A DNA stretch of 64,000 nucleotides from Candidatus Parcubacteria bacterium. GTDB lineage: Bacteria; Patescibacteriota; Minisyncoccia; UBA6257; HR35. The notes below the pieces were generated by a model. It had not been told where the DNA came from. It saw nothing but the letters and a program-made list of their open reading frames with translations, and did no database searches. The stretch spans positions 79,915 through 143,914 of the forward strand of contig BPJI01000001.1 in assembly GCA_026004535.1 (NCBI GenBank), written 5' to 3'. Of the stretch, positions 38,268 to 47,468 are shown one piece after another. The position numbers and the translations under genes are program-made. Each line of letters opens with the position of its first letter. Position 1 is the stretch's first letter.

Positions 38268-39041
38268 GGTTTTTTGAATATCTGTTCGCCAGATTACTGA
38301 AGAAAAGTTTTTTAAAACATTTAAAGTCTCTTGATGAGGATGGCCATATAAATTTTGACCAACTTGAATTACTGCTACCAATGGCTTGACTAAAGAATAA
38401 AACCTTTCATCAATTGAATATTTTGAACCATGGTGAGGAACTAAAAAATAATCAGCTTTTAAAAATTTTGCACAACAATTAATTAAATTTTCGATTGCTT
38501 CCCTTTCAATATCACCAGTTAAAAGATAAGAATGTTTGCCAAATATTTTTAAAACCAATGACTCATTATTTTCTTTTTTGTAATCTTTATCGGGATGTAA
38601 AACTAAAAAACTAAAATGATTGTCATAGATCTGACTTCCTTGCCTAAAAACTAAAATCGGGATATTTAACTTTTCCACTAAAGCTAAAAGTTTTTCATAA
38701 TTCTTATCTTGGCTTTGTTTTGTACTTACTCCAATTATTCTTACTTTATATCTCTTTAAAATTTCAAAAGCAGCAAAATAATGATCTTTATCAGGATGAG
38801 ACAAAAATAAAATATCTATTTTTTTACTATAAAAAGGTAAAAATTTATCAATTTCTCTTAGGATTAACGAAGGGTATTTTCCGGTATCATAAAGATAAAT
38901 ATTATTTTTATTTTTTATTAAAACCGCCTTACCTTGGCCAACATCTAAAAAAGAAACAAGTCTTTTTTCGTTTAAAGCCGAAAAAATTATCGCGTAAACA
39001 ACAAAATTAACTAAGATCAAGCCTAAAATCAACCGCCTCAT
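38250..39041 (-). CDS. comEC: ComEC C-terminal part: TM helix plus metallo-beta-lactamase domain
   Basis: VSFLDVGQGKAVLI (ComEC MBL start) and LSHPDKDHYF metal-binding motif. Overlaps the upstream ComEC ORF by 35 nt in another frame. Confidence 0.75.
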   Translation of the reverse strand: MRRLILGLILVNFVVYAIIFSALNEKRLVSFLDVGQGKAVLIKNKNNIYLYDTGKYPSLILREIDKFLPFYSKKIDILFLSHPDKDHYFAAFEILKRYKVRIIGVSTKQSQDKNYEKLLALVEKLNIPILVFRQGSQIYDNHFSFLVLHPDKDYKKENNESLVLKIFGKHSYLLTGDIEREAIENLINCCAKFLKADYFLVPHHGSKYSIDERFYSLVKPLVAVIQVGQNLYGHPHQETLNVLKNFSSVIWRTDIQKTLIINE

Positions 39042-40134
39042 CTTTTATTTGGTAATAAATTTCAATAAAAATTAAAAAATAAATTGCAAAAACTAAAATT
39101 AAAGGAATTTTAAAATAAATGACAAAACTACTAAAAATTTTAGCAACAAAAAGAACATAAATTAAAAATGGAAGCGATAACCAGGCAAGATACTTAATTG
39201 GAAAAAACAAAAATAAACTGACTAAAGTCATGACATAAGGGATAATGGGCAAAACAAAAAGATTACTAATTAAAGAAAAGAAATTAAAATTGCCAAAATA
39301 ATAAAGAATTAAAGGATAAGTAAAAATTTGGGCTGCTAGTGTTTCAGAAAATGTTTTTTGAAAAAATTTAGGTAAAAATTTTAATTTCTTTTCAATTAAT
39401 GGCGCTAAATAAAAAATACCAGTAATTGCTAAAAAAGAAAGCTGAGTACCAATATCTTGAAAAATAAACTTTGGATTAATCAAAGAAAAAAGAATTAAGG
39501 CAAAAAGTAAAATATTTCTTCTAAGCGGTAAGCGACCAAATTTATTTTTAACTAAGATTAATAAAAATCCCATTATTCCCGCTCTTAAGACATTGCCCTC
39601 AAAACCCATAAGTAAAATAAAGAAAACAATCAAGAATGAAGAGAAATAAAAAATCAAATTAGGAGTTAAAATTGGAATATATTTTAAAGCTTCATAAAAG
39701 ATAGAAAACATAATTGTTAAATTTTGACCAGAAACAGCAGTAATATGAATTAGGCCGCTATTTATAAAATTTTCTTTAACTTCTTTATCATCAAATTTTG
39801 AACCTAAAAATATTCCTCGAAAAAGATTTTCATGAGGAAACGGTAAAGATTGTTTAATTTTTTCTTCTAAAAAATTTCGATAATTTTGAATAAATATTGG
39901 AGGTTGAATTTTTGGTAAAATTATTTCTTGTCTTAAAAGATAATAAAAAGAACCCAAAAAAATAAATAATAAAAAGAGAATTGAATATTTTAAATTTTTA
40001 AACTTTAAATAAAAAAGTAAAGCAAAAAGAAAATTGAATAAAAACCAAAATTGAGAAAAATGAACAAAAGCTGTGCCTAGAATAAAAGCCGCACCAAAAA
40101 CAAAAAATAAATTAGCAACCAAAAGCTCGGGCAT
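39007..40134 (-). CDS. comEC: ComEC N-terminal part: polytopic competence (DNA-channel) domain
   Basis: More than eight TM helices and the Competence-domain motif GLIHITAVSGQNLTIM. Ends 35 nt inside the MBL ORF, so comEC is split or frameshifted. Confidence 0.75.
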   Translation of the reverse strand: MPELLVANLFFVFGAAFILGTAFVHFSQFWFLFNFLFALLFYLKFKNLKYSILFLLFIFLGSFYYLLRQEIILPKIQPPIFIQNYRNFLEEKIKQSLPFPHENLFRGIFLGSKFDDKEVKENFINSGLIHITAVSGQNLTIMFSIFYEALKYIPILTPNLIFYFSSFLIVFFILLMGFEGNVLRAGIMGFLLILVKNKFGRLPLRRNILLFALILFSLINPKFIFQDIGTQLSFLAITGIFYLAPLIEKKLKFLPKFFQKTFSETLAAQIFTYPLILYYFGNFNFFSLISNLFVLPIIPYVMTLVSLFLFFPIKYLAWLSLPFLIYVLFVAKIFSSFVIYFKIPLILVFAIYFLIFIEIYYQIKDEAVDFRLDLS

Positions 40135-40136
40135 TA

Positions 40137-40207
40137 TGCCCTCAGGAGGAATCGAACCTCCATCTTCTCCTTAGGACGGAGACGCTCTTCCCTTGAGCTA
40201 TGAGGGC
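40137..40207 (-). tRNA. tRNA-Arg(CCU), 71 nt
   Basis: Minus strand reads GCCCTCA TA GCTC AAGGGAA GAGC G TCTCC GTCCTAA GGAGA AGAT GGAGG TTCGATT CCTCC TGAGGGC A. Anticodon CCT. Confidence 0.85.
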
Positions 40208-40378
40208 ATCTTACTAGAAATATTTTAAAATATATCGTTTTTATGCGGAAACTTTAACATTTTCTTATTACTTAACAACTGCTAAATGATATTTCTTTAA
40301 TTTTTCAAATTTATCTCTTAAAGGAAACCGCTTCAAAAATATATATTTCTTTATATTTTTACATAATATATCTTTACT

Positions 40379-40419
40379 CTGCCAACTGACGGAGACGTAT
40401 TCCTTTGAGCTATGAGTGC
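40379..40419 (-). pseudogene. Partial copy (5' half) of tRNA-Arg abutting the stop of the LTD-protein gene
   Basis: The minus strand GCACTCATAGCTCAAAGGAATACGTCTCCGTCAGTTGGCAG matches the tRNA-Arg acceptor 5' strand, D arm and anticodon stem 5' strand, then diverges. Confidence 0.45.
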
Positions 40420-40424
40420 GAAAA

Positions 40425-42764
40425 TTAGAAAATTACAAATCCTTTAAATCTGGGGTTAGAAATATCTCTATTAATTATACGAGACTCTAAAATAATTTGA
40501 ATTTCTTCTTGTTTAGAAATATATAATGAAGGACTTATGTTTGTTTCTACAACTACATACACCCTATATTGTGTCTCTGGAGTAGAAATTAGAGTAGTTG
40601 TTATTTCTTTATTTATAAATCCCTGAAATAAAGTGGTGGTAGTTGTTGCATTATTTAACGATCTAATTTGTAAGGTTAATCCTGAAGAATCAAAACAAGT
40701 CGCCTTCCCACAATATTGAGCTAAAACTATTATAATCTTTTCAAGATTAATATTGTCGTCTATTTTATAATGCCATGTTGCTTTAACTTCAGGAAAATAG
40801 TCGGGGTTAAGATAGGCATTTTCAAACATTACATCGTCTATTTGCTGAAAACTACTTGTTATATCATTACAATCAATCATTTTTGTCGAGGTGGAGATTG
40901 TTTTTATTGTTTGATTGTCATTTTTTAAGTTAAGTTGAAAATAAATATCTGTGTTAGGAAGAAAATCTAATTGAAGTTGACAAATGTTTAGATTGAATTG
41001 TTGATTTGAAAGAATTGAAAAGGTTGTGGTTGCTATTAATAGATAGTCAGTTGAGGTTGATGAAGTTGAGACTTTAATTTCATAAATTAGATCTTGATCA
41101 TAATAAGCTGGTGAAAACCAAGATAAAAGATAATTTTTGTCTTCTGTTTTAATTTGAAAATCTAAAATATTCTTAATTGTTGATTTAGTGATTAATGAAT
41201 TTTCTGGATTTAAAGGAGCATAAACAAAATCATTTGAAGGATTATTAGTTGAATAAGCATTGCCTAAATTTTGATTAATTATTGTCTCAGATGATGAGGT
41301 TGATGTTTTCTTTCTTTGCAAAGATAAAGATGTTGAAGTTGGGCTGGCGACACAATTAGTAAAATTAGTAATATTTCCCCAACAAACATAGTCTATTTGA
41401 TTATTATCTTTGTCATATAATATTAAACCATTATTTTTAGCTAAATTATGGGATTTGGCATAAATAAAATCTGACTGAGTTGTCATTTCTAAAGAAGTAT
41501 TGTTGTTGACTAATAGAAAATAAGAAAAAGCAGGAATAATACCTTTAAATTTTGATGAAGGAATAATTGTTGTTGATGAACCTGTGCTTTTTATTCTTTC
41601 AATTCTCCAATCTGTTAAATCAATATTAAAGTCATTAGGATTATAAAGTTCAATATATTCACCAGTTGATGTGCCTTCTTTGATATAAATTTCAGAAAAT
41701 AAAATTTTTCCTGTTGAAGGTGTGGCTGTTGAAATGTTTTGAATTAGAATTGGTTCTTGGGGGTTGCATAGATCTTGGGGCAAATCTGTTGAAGAAGTTG
41801 AAAAAGTATAGTTTTCTTCATCTAATTTGTCTTTTAAAAATAAGGCAAAATAATAGATTGTTGAAGTTGTAGGACATTTATTTATTTCAAAAAATAAGGT
41901 TGTAGTTGAATTATTAAATTGTGGTTGAGGAAATGTTGATGAAGTACCAAAGTCTTCTAATTTAAAAGTTGAAAAATTAGTTGAAGTTGAGATTAAAAGA
42001 TCGTAGAAATAATTTGTTGAAGATAGATTTAATAATGGCTCTTGGAAAGTAATATTTAAATATATAGATTCTTCAGTTGATGTAATTTCAACAATAAAAT
42101 TATCTATTTTTACTTGCGAAAGATCAATAAAGTCTTCTCTTAGTTTTCTTGATATTGATTTTGAATTTTCAGGGTTAGGATTTCTTAACCAAAAGTCTTG
42201 TGAGTTATTGTCTGTGTCTTGTAAATTTTTTCTTTGAATTGATTTATTTTCAAAATTTAAAGAAATAAATGGTTCTATTTCAGATTGATAGATTTTTTCT
42301 TTGTTGTCTCCATAACCAACTAAATCTGATATTTCTCCATTTGGTTTTCTTAAAATAATTGTATTATTTTTAGATATTGAATAGCTTTGAGCATAAGTTA
42401 GGTCTGCTTGATAGTTATCTTTAAATTCTTCAGCTGAAATTAAAAAGAATGAATAGGGTTTGATTTTGCCTTGAAATTTTGATTGAGGAATTAAAGTATA
42501 GAGATTAGGAGTTGAGGTTGAATCAGGATTTTTTGAAGAATATTTTTCTAATTTCCAGCAGGTTAAGTCTATTTCTTCGTTGTTTGGATTGTAAAGTTCA
42601 ATATATTCGTCATCAGTACTTGAAGCTGATTCAGATTGAATTTCAGATATTAAGATATTAGGATATTGTTTGTTTTTGTAATTTTCACAAGGATCTTTTA
42701 GTTGAGAAAAAGAATTTGAAGTTCTTATATCTGCTCCACCTCCTATATAAGTTAAATTATTCAT
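40425..42764 (-). CDS. Large Thr/Ser/Asn-rich secreted or surface protein with two lamin-tail domains (LTD); its N-terminal part appears decayed upstream
   Basis: Two LTD signatures: ILISEIQSESASSTDDEYIELYNPNNEEIDLTCWKLEK and ILFSEIYIKEGTSTGEYIELYNPNDFNIDLTDWRIER. No signal peptide at the called Met. Coding-like frameshifted sequence continues upstream (42765..43740). Confidence 0.6.
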   Translation of the reverse strand: MNNLTYIGGGADIRTSNSFSQLKDPCENYKNKQYPNILISEIQSESASSTDDEYIELYNPNNEEIDLTCWKLEKYSSKNPDSTSTPNLYTLIPQSKFQGKIKPYSFFLISAEEFKDNYQADLTYAQSYSISKNNTIILRKPNGEISDLVGYGDNKEKIYQSEIEPFISLNFENKSIQRKNLQDTDNNSQDFWLRNPNPENSKSISRKLREDFIDLSQVKIDNFIVEITSTEESIYLNITFQEPLLNLSSTNYFYDLLISTSTNFSTFKLEDFGTSSTFPQPQFNNSTTTLFFEINKCPTTSTIYYFALFLKDKLDEENYTFSTSSTDLPQDLCNPQEPILIQNISTATPSTGKILFSEIYIKEGTSTGEYIELYNPNDFNIDLTDWRIERIKSTGSSTTIIPSSKFKGIIPAFSYFLLVNNNTSLEMTTQSDFIYAKSHNLAKNNGLILYDKDNNQIDYVCWGNITNFTNCVASPTSTSLSLQRKKTSTSSSETIINQNLGNAYSTNNPSNDFVYAPLNPENSLITKSTIKNILDFQIKTEDKNYLLSWFSPAYYDQDLIYEIKVSTSSTSTDYLLIATTTFSILSNQQFNLNICQLQLDFLPNTDIYFQLNLKNDNQTIKTISTSTKMIDCNDITSSFQQIDDVMFENAYLNPDYFPEVKATWHYKIDDNINLEKIIIVLAQYCGKATCFDSSGLTLQIRSLNNATTTTTLFQGFINKEITTTLISTPETQYRVYVVVETNISPSLYISKQEEIQIILESRIINRDISNPRFKGFVIF

Positions 42765-43740
42765 TGTTGTTGGTACTATTTGTTGTCTTAAAGATGTTGT
42801 TGTTTGAGTTGAGGTTTGAATTTTAATTTGATTTGTTCTATCTGTAGTTGTTGGTAATCTTACGATTTCGTACGTCGTAAATTTGTTTATTTCTCTTTTT
42901 TCTTCTGTGTAAGTGATAATATTTTCTTTCTTTTCTTCTTTATAGGTTATTGTTTGAGTTTGAGTTTGTGGTTGAATATTTAATTGAAGTTTTGAGATTG
43001 AAGTTGAAGTTGGTTGAGAAAAAATTTGACCTAAATATGGGGGTGTTGATTCTTTGTAACCTAAGGCTATAAGTCTTATTTCTAAAGTTTGTTTTTGTTT
43101 TTCAAGATTAGCTAATTTTGTTTGTTTTTGTTTAGCTACTTCTGTTTTAAGACATTCTTTCTTTTGTTTAATTGACCAATTATTTTCTGTACATTGAAGA
43201 AATCTATCTTTAATTACTGAAAGAGCACAAGAATAATTATTAGTTGAACAATCATAAACAAAGATAGTATCTTGAAGTATTTGCTCCCAGTCTTGTTTTT
43301 TAGACTTATAATCATCATAATATTCGCCGGTTTTATCACCATTGTATTTTATTATAGCCAGCGCTCTTCATTCTCATTAATTCCATCTTTAAATAATTTC
43401 AAAGCTGCAGCATATAATGAATCTTCTAGATTCCAAGGATTTTTATTTTTAAGTTCTGGATATAGATATCCAAGTTGTAGGTTGAAATTGAGTGTAACCA
43501 ATACCAAAATCTGGAGAAAAAGGAACTTTGTTGATATCTAAACCTAAATTTTTAGTTATTTTTTCTAAAGCTGAGTATTGCTCTGTACACCAACTTGTTC
43601 GAGCTGTTGTAGAATAGCATTTTGTACCCTCAATAGGCCTGGGTCTACTTCTAAGTACATCACAATACTCTACACATCTCTGAATATTCTTATCTTTATC
43701 GCCCAAATTGTTTCCCATAATTTCTAGTAAATCCACTCTC
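42765..43740 (-). pseudogene. Frameshifted coding remnant, including a lytic transglycosylase (SLT) domain, upstream of and probably once continuous with the LTD protein
   Basis: ORF 43449..43736 encodes ...FGIGYTQFQPTTW (compare the SLT motif GLMQFMPSTW). The next frame continues ...SLYAAALKLFKDG. 42765..43270 is protein-like (Thr/Gln-rich, Cys pairs) but interrupted by stops. Confidence 0.45.
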
Positions 43741-44287
43741 TTTTTCTAAAATGGTTAATAAATAGGAAGGCGTTTTAAGCCCTATTATTTTAGTTACCTC
43801 TATCCACAGCTTCAATAATTTCTTTCCAGGCCAAGAGCAATTACGCCTACAATTATGACAAGAAGGTAAATTAAAAGTAATTAACCGCGCACTCTGCTTC
43901 TTAGTTATTCTAACAATTTAAATGTCTCAATATATTTTTCTAAAGCTTCGTTAGCTATAATTTTGATAATTTTCTTATTTTTAAAGGCTACGTATAAAGT
44001 AGTTTCAAGATACCAATCGCCTCTGTCATCATATTTTTTATAGATAATTGATTTTATAAAAATCATAATTGATTAATTGAAATTTTCGAAGGAACGCTAA
44101 TCGTTTTAAAAGTCGTTATATTATCTCTTTCAATTCCTTCCTCGATGGTAGTAGTGGCTATAGAATCTTTTGGTACTCTTCTAGTTTCTTTCATTATAAA
44201 TTTCGCCATCGTCCGAAGTCCATATATAATAGAAATCACTGTCCAATCTCTTACGGGTGCTCCAAATCTTATTAAGCTCCAAGATCA

Positions 44288-44668
44288 TCAAAATGTAATA
44301 GCATCAGTGTCCTTACTTTGATTCAATATCAATTCCTTGGGTATCTCTATTTGATAACCTTCAGCATGATTAATAACCAATTTTCTGTCTCCTTTATCTA
44401 TTATTTCTACTCCTTCAAGTCGGATGTCAGTTGTGGTGGAAATGTAAGATTCAAAATCTAAAGCTCTTGATACTTTTTCAGCATATTCTTCTTCATTGAA
44501 TTTCTTTGTTTTTTCTATTTCTTGTTCTATTTGTTGAAGCTGTTGTTTAGTTTGCTCTATTTTTTTATTGATTGTTAGTTTTTGATAAAGAAAATAGCCT
44601 CCAACTGATAATAAAAGAAGAAAAACTATAAATAAGGATAAAATATCTTTCTTTGTTAAACTTTGCAT
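44288..44668 (-). CDS. Small TM plus coiled-coil protein, unknown function
   Basis: N-terminal TM (ILSLFIVFLLLLSVGGYFLY), coiled-coil (KQQLQQIEQEIEKTKK), and a small C-terminal domain. Confidence 0.4.
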   Translation of the reverse strand: MQSLTKKDILSLFIVFLLLLSVGGYFLYQKLTINKKIEQTKQQLQQIEQEIEKTKKFNEEEYAEKVSRALDFESYISTTTDIRLEGVEIIDKGDRKLVINHAEGYQIEIPKELILNQSKDTDAITF

Positions 44669-44728
44669 TTTGAGATTATTTTAAAAAATATAAATTAAAA
44701 AATCAATATACCAATTGTGGAAAAGTAA

Positions 44729-44788
44729 TTTGACTTTTAAAAAATTTTGTGGTATAATAAAAGAAATCCCCAGAAATGGGGATTTTTA
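44729..44788 (+). promoter_or_regulatory. Strong promoter (TTGACT-18-TGgTATAAT) followed immediately by a terminator-like hairpin in the 5' leader of the 3D-domain gene
   Basis: -35 at 44729..44734. Extended -10 ggtataat at 44751..44758. Hairpin atcccca-gaaa-tggggat plus ttttt at 44766..44787, ~30 nt before the ATG at 44819. Confidence 0.4.
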
Positions 44789-44818
44789 AATTGGCCGAAA
44801 ATTACCAGTAAAAATTAG

Positions 44819-45247
44819 ATGGGTATTGAGTCGCTACGTAAATTAATACCTGTTATTTTCTTTTTTATTATTTTCAGTTATGCTCTGTCGCCTTCTGGTG
44901 CTGAAATTGAACCCGTTGTCGAGCAAAACTCTTTTGTTAATCCGTTGCCAATAAAGAAGTTTATGATTATGACTATTACCGGTTATTCTTCAAGTCCTGA
45001 CGAAACTGATGACGACCCTTGGATTACTGCCTATAATACATTTGCAAGAGATGGGGTTGTTGCTTCAAATATTTTACCCTTTGGAACTAAAATAAAGATC
45101 CCTGAACTTTTTGGTGATAAAATTTTTGTTGTTGAAGACAAAATGAACCCAAAATATGGCGAAAATTTAGACATTTGGTTTCCAACGAAATGGCAGGCTC
45201 TAAATTTTGGCATCCATTATAATGTTTTAGTTGAAATTTTAGAATAA
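44819..45247 (+). CDS. Secreted 3D-domain protein (MltA-like/RlpA-like peptidoglycan-binding/lytic fold)
   Basis: Signal peptide, then TITGYSSSPDETDDDPWITAYNTFARDGVVASNILPFGTKIKIP...LDIWF is the 3D domain signature. Confidence 0.65.
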   Translation: MGIESLRKLIPVIFFFIIFSYALSPSGAEIEPVVEQNSFVNPLPIKKFMIMTITGYSSSPDETDDDPWITAYNTFARDGVVASNILPFGTKIKIPELFGDKIFVVEDKMNPKYGENLDIWFPTKWQALNFGIHYNVLVEILE

Positions 45248-46566
45248 TTCTTGAGAGCTTCAATAACCACTTCCTTTTCATTCCAAGATATTGTTTTATC
45301 TTTATAAACAATTGACGGTTCATTGCCTTTACCAATTGTTATGACAATGTCTCCTTTCTGGGCTAATTCAATTAATCTGAAAATTGCTCGTTTTCTATCA
45401 GGAATAATTTCTATTGGTTTTTCAATTTCAAATTCAGCTAAATATCTTTTGGCACCCATTTCAATTGCCTTAATAATTTCATTAGGATCTTCATTAAATG
45501 GATCCTCGTCACTAATAACGATATGATTACAATATTTAGCGGCTATTTCACCTATAACAGGTCTTTTCCATTTGTCTCTTAACCCTCCAGCAGAACCAAT
45601 TAAACAAATCATTCTTTTTGGCTTAAATAGTTCAATTACTGTTTTATAAACTTCTTCAATTGAATCAGGGGTATGAGCATAATCAACGATAACTTTAAAA
45701 CCTTTAGCATTAATAATATCAAATCTTCCCGGTAGCCCTTTAAATTCTTTAATTATTTGCTCTAGGCTATTGATTGGCAAACTTAAAGCCTTGATAACAC
45801 TTAAGCCTGCTAAAAGATTATAAAGATTAATTTTGCCCAAAAGTGGAGAAGAAAATTTTTTACCTTCTAAAACGAACTCAATTCCTTTATTATAAATTTT
45901 ATAAGTTGTTGGTTTTAAGAGAGAATACTCGGCTAAACTTGATTCAAGGCTAAAATTAATTTTTTGTTCAGCTCGAAAACTTAAAAAATAATCAGCTTCG
46001 AAATCATCGATATTAACAATAATTGTTTTTTTAACTTTTGTCCCTCTTAAAAATTTTCTCACCTTGCTTTTTTCTAAAGCTTTAAATAATTTACCTTTAG
46101 CATTACGATAGGCTTCATAAGAACCATGATGTTCGATATGCTCAGGATGAAGATTAAGAAAAACAGCAATATCAAAATCAATAAAAGCATGTCTTGATTG
46201 CGCTAAACCTTCGGAGGTAACCTCTAAAACAGCAACCTCGCATTTGTTTTCAACTGCTTGTTTTAAGAATTTTTGCAAAAAGCCACGGCCAGGCATCGTT
46301 AATCTTGATTTATTTTCAATTTTTTTATCATCAATAAAGAAAAATTCAGAAGAAGAAAGAGCAGCTTTAATTCCTAAATTTTTCAAAAGATAATAAACTA
46401 GATATGTAACTGTAGATTTGCCCTTGGTTCCGGTAATACCAATAACAACAATTTTTTTTGAAGGAAAACCATTTAAAACCGCAAAAACGAAAGCCAGAAA
46501 ATAATGGTAAAGATATAAAATTGGCTTGGGGGTTATTTTTCTTAAAAAATCAAAAATTTTTTTCAT
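45217..46566 (-). CDS. Mur ligase family protein (MurE/MurF-like)
   Basis: P-loop VIGITGTKGKSTVTYL, central and C-terminal Mur ligase domains (GG..DKWKRPVIGEIAAKYCNHIVISDEDPFNEDPNEII). Confidence 0.6.
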   Translation of the reverse strand: MKKIFDFLRKITPKPILYLYHYFLAFVFAVLNGFPSKKIVVIGITGTKGKSTVTYLVYYLLKNLGIKAALSSSEFFFIDDKKIENKSRLTMPGRGFLQKFLKQAVENKCEVAVLEVTSEGLAQSRHAFIDFDIAVFLNLHPEHIEHHGSYEAYRNAKGKLFKALEKSKVRKFLRGTKVKKTIIVNIDDFEADYFLSFRAEQKINFSLESSLAEYSLLKPTTYKIYNKGIEFVLEGKKFSSPLLGKINLYNLLAGLSVIKALSLPINSLEQIIKEFKGLPGRFDIINAKGFKVIVDYAHTPDSIEEVYKTVIELFKPKRMICLIGSAGGLRDKWKRPVIGEIAAKYCNHIVISDEDPFNEDPNEIIKAIEMGAKRYLAEFEIEKPIEIIPDRKRAIFRLIELAQKGDIVITIGKGNEPSIVYKDKTISWNEKEVVIEALKNYSKISTKTL

Positions 46567-47468
46567 TGCTTAGTTTTTTCTTTTATTTGCGACTGAATAT
46601 AAAAACTAATTTTGTCATAATTATCAACTCCATCCTTAGGATAGATACCATAGACATTTTGACTATTGTAAATGTTGAAATTTCCAGAAGTTAGAAGACT
46701 ATCTTTGGTTGTCAGAATTATTGGTTCAATTTTTAAATCATTCGGATTGCTTATCTTTAAAATTAAATTTAATAATTCATTTTTACTTAAGTTTGTTTGC
46801 CAATAATATTTCTTTGTTTCTAAAAATTTCATCAAAGCTAATTTCTCTTCAGTATTTAAAGAAATAATTTTTTCCTTTAGGGCCGAAATAACTCTGATTT
46901 GATTTCTCATTCTAAAAAAATCTCCTTCAGGATGATATCTTGATCTTAGAACTAATTCAATTAAATAACCACTAAGTTTTTGTCGGCCAGCAGGAATTGT
47001 ATATAAAGTAACAGCATCCGTTACTGGCTCAGATAAATCAACCTCAATGCCACCAAAAAAATCAACCAAATTTGTAACTAAAGCTAAATCAACAGCTAAA
47101 TAATTTTTTATTTTTAAACCAGTAAAGTCAGAAACTTTTTTTAATAAAAGATTAATTTTGGCTTTTTCATATAAAGCGTTAATTTTTTCTAAATTGCCAT
47201 TGTCATCTTTAACAATCAAATCTCGAGGAATAGGAATCAAAAAAATCTTGTTTACTCTCTGATTATAATGAATAACAATAATTGAATCAGTATTTTCTGA
47301 ACCAATATAGCCTGGTCCTGGTTTACCTAAAAAAAGCAAAGTAAAATCACTAGGATTAATTAATGAAGAAAAATTAGAAATTAAAACAACGTTTCGGGAG
47401 GGAAAGCTAAAAAACAAAATTAACCCTAAAATAAATAATCCCAGTAATAAAAATTTTTTCATTTTCAA
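46563..47468 (-). CDS. LytR-CpsA-Psr (LCP) family cell-envelope phosphotransferase
   Basis: N-terminal TM, then FLGKPG...NTDSIIVIHYN...IPIPRDLIV...KINALY...NYLAVDLALVTNLVDFFGGIEVD is the LCP domain pattern. Confidence 0.65.
   Translation of the reverse strand: MKMKKFLLLGLFILGLILFFSFPSRNVVLISNFSSLINPSDFTLLFLGKPGPGYIGSENTDSIIVIHYNQRVNKIFLIPIPRDLIVKDDNGNLEKINALYEKAKINLLLKKVSDFTGLKIKNYLAVDLALVTNLVDFFGGIEVDLSEPVTDAVTLYTIPAGRQKLSGYLIELVLRSRYHPEGDFFRMRNQIRVISALKEKIISLNTEEKLALMKFLETKKYYWQTNLSKNELLNLILKISNPNDLKIEPIILTTKDSLLTSGNFNIYNSQNVYGIYPKDGVDNYDKISFYIQSQIKEKTKQ

Noticed and set aside
38720-39010. 96-aa plus-strand ORF
   Set aside because: Antisense within the comEC MBL domain.
43272-43541. 89-aa plus-strand ORF
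   Set aside because: Antisense to the SLT-domain remnant.
45031-45526. Short ORFs 45031..45213, 45087..45335 and 45323..45526
   Set aside because: They overlap or lie antisense to the 3D-domain and Mur-ligase genes.
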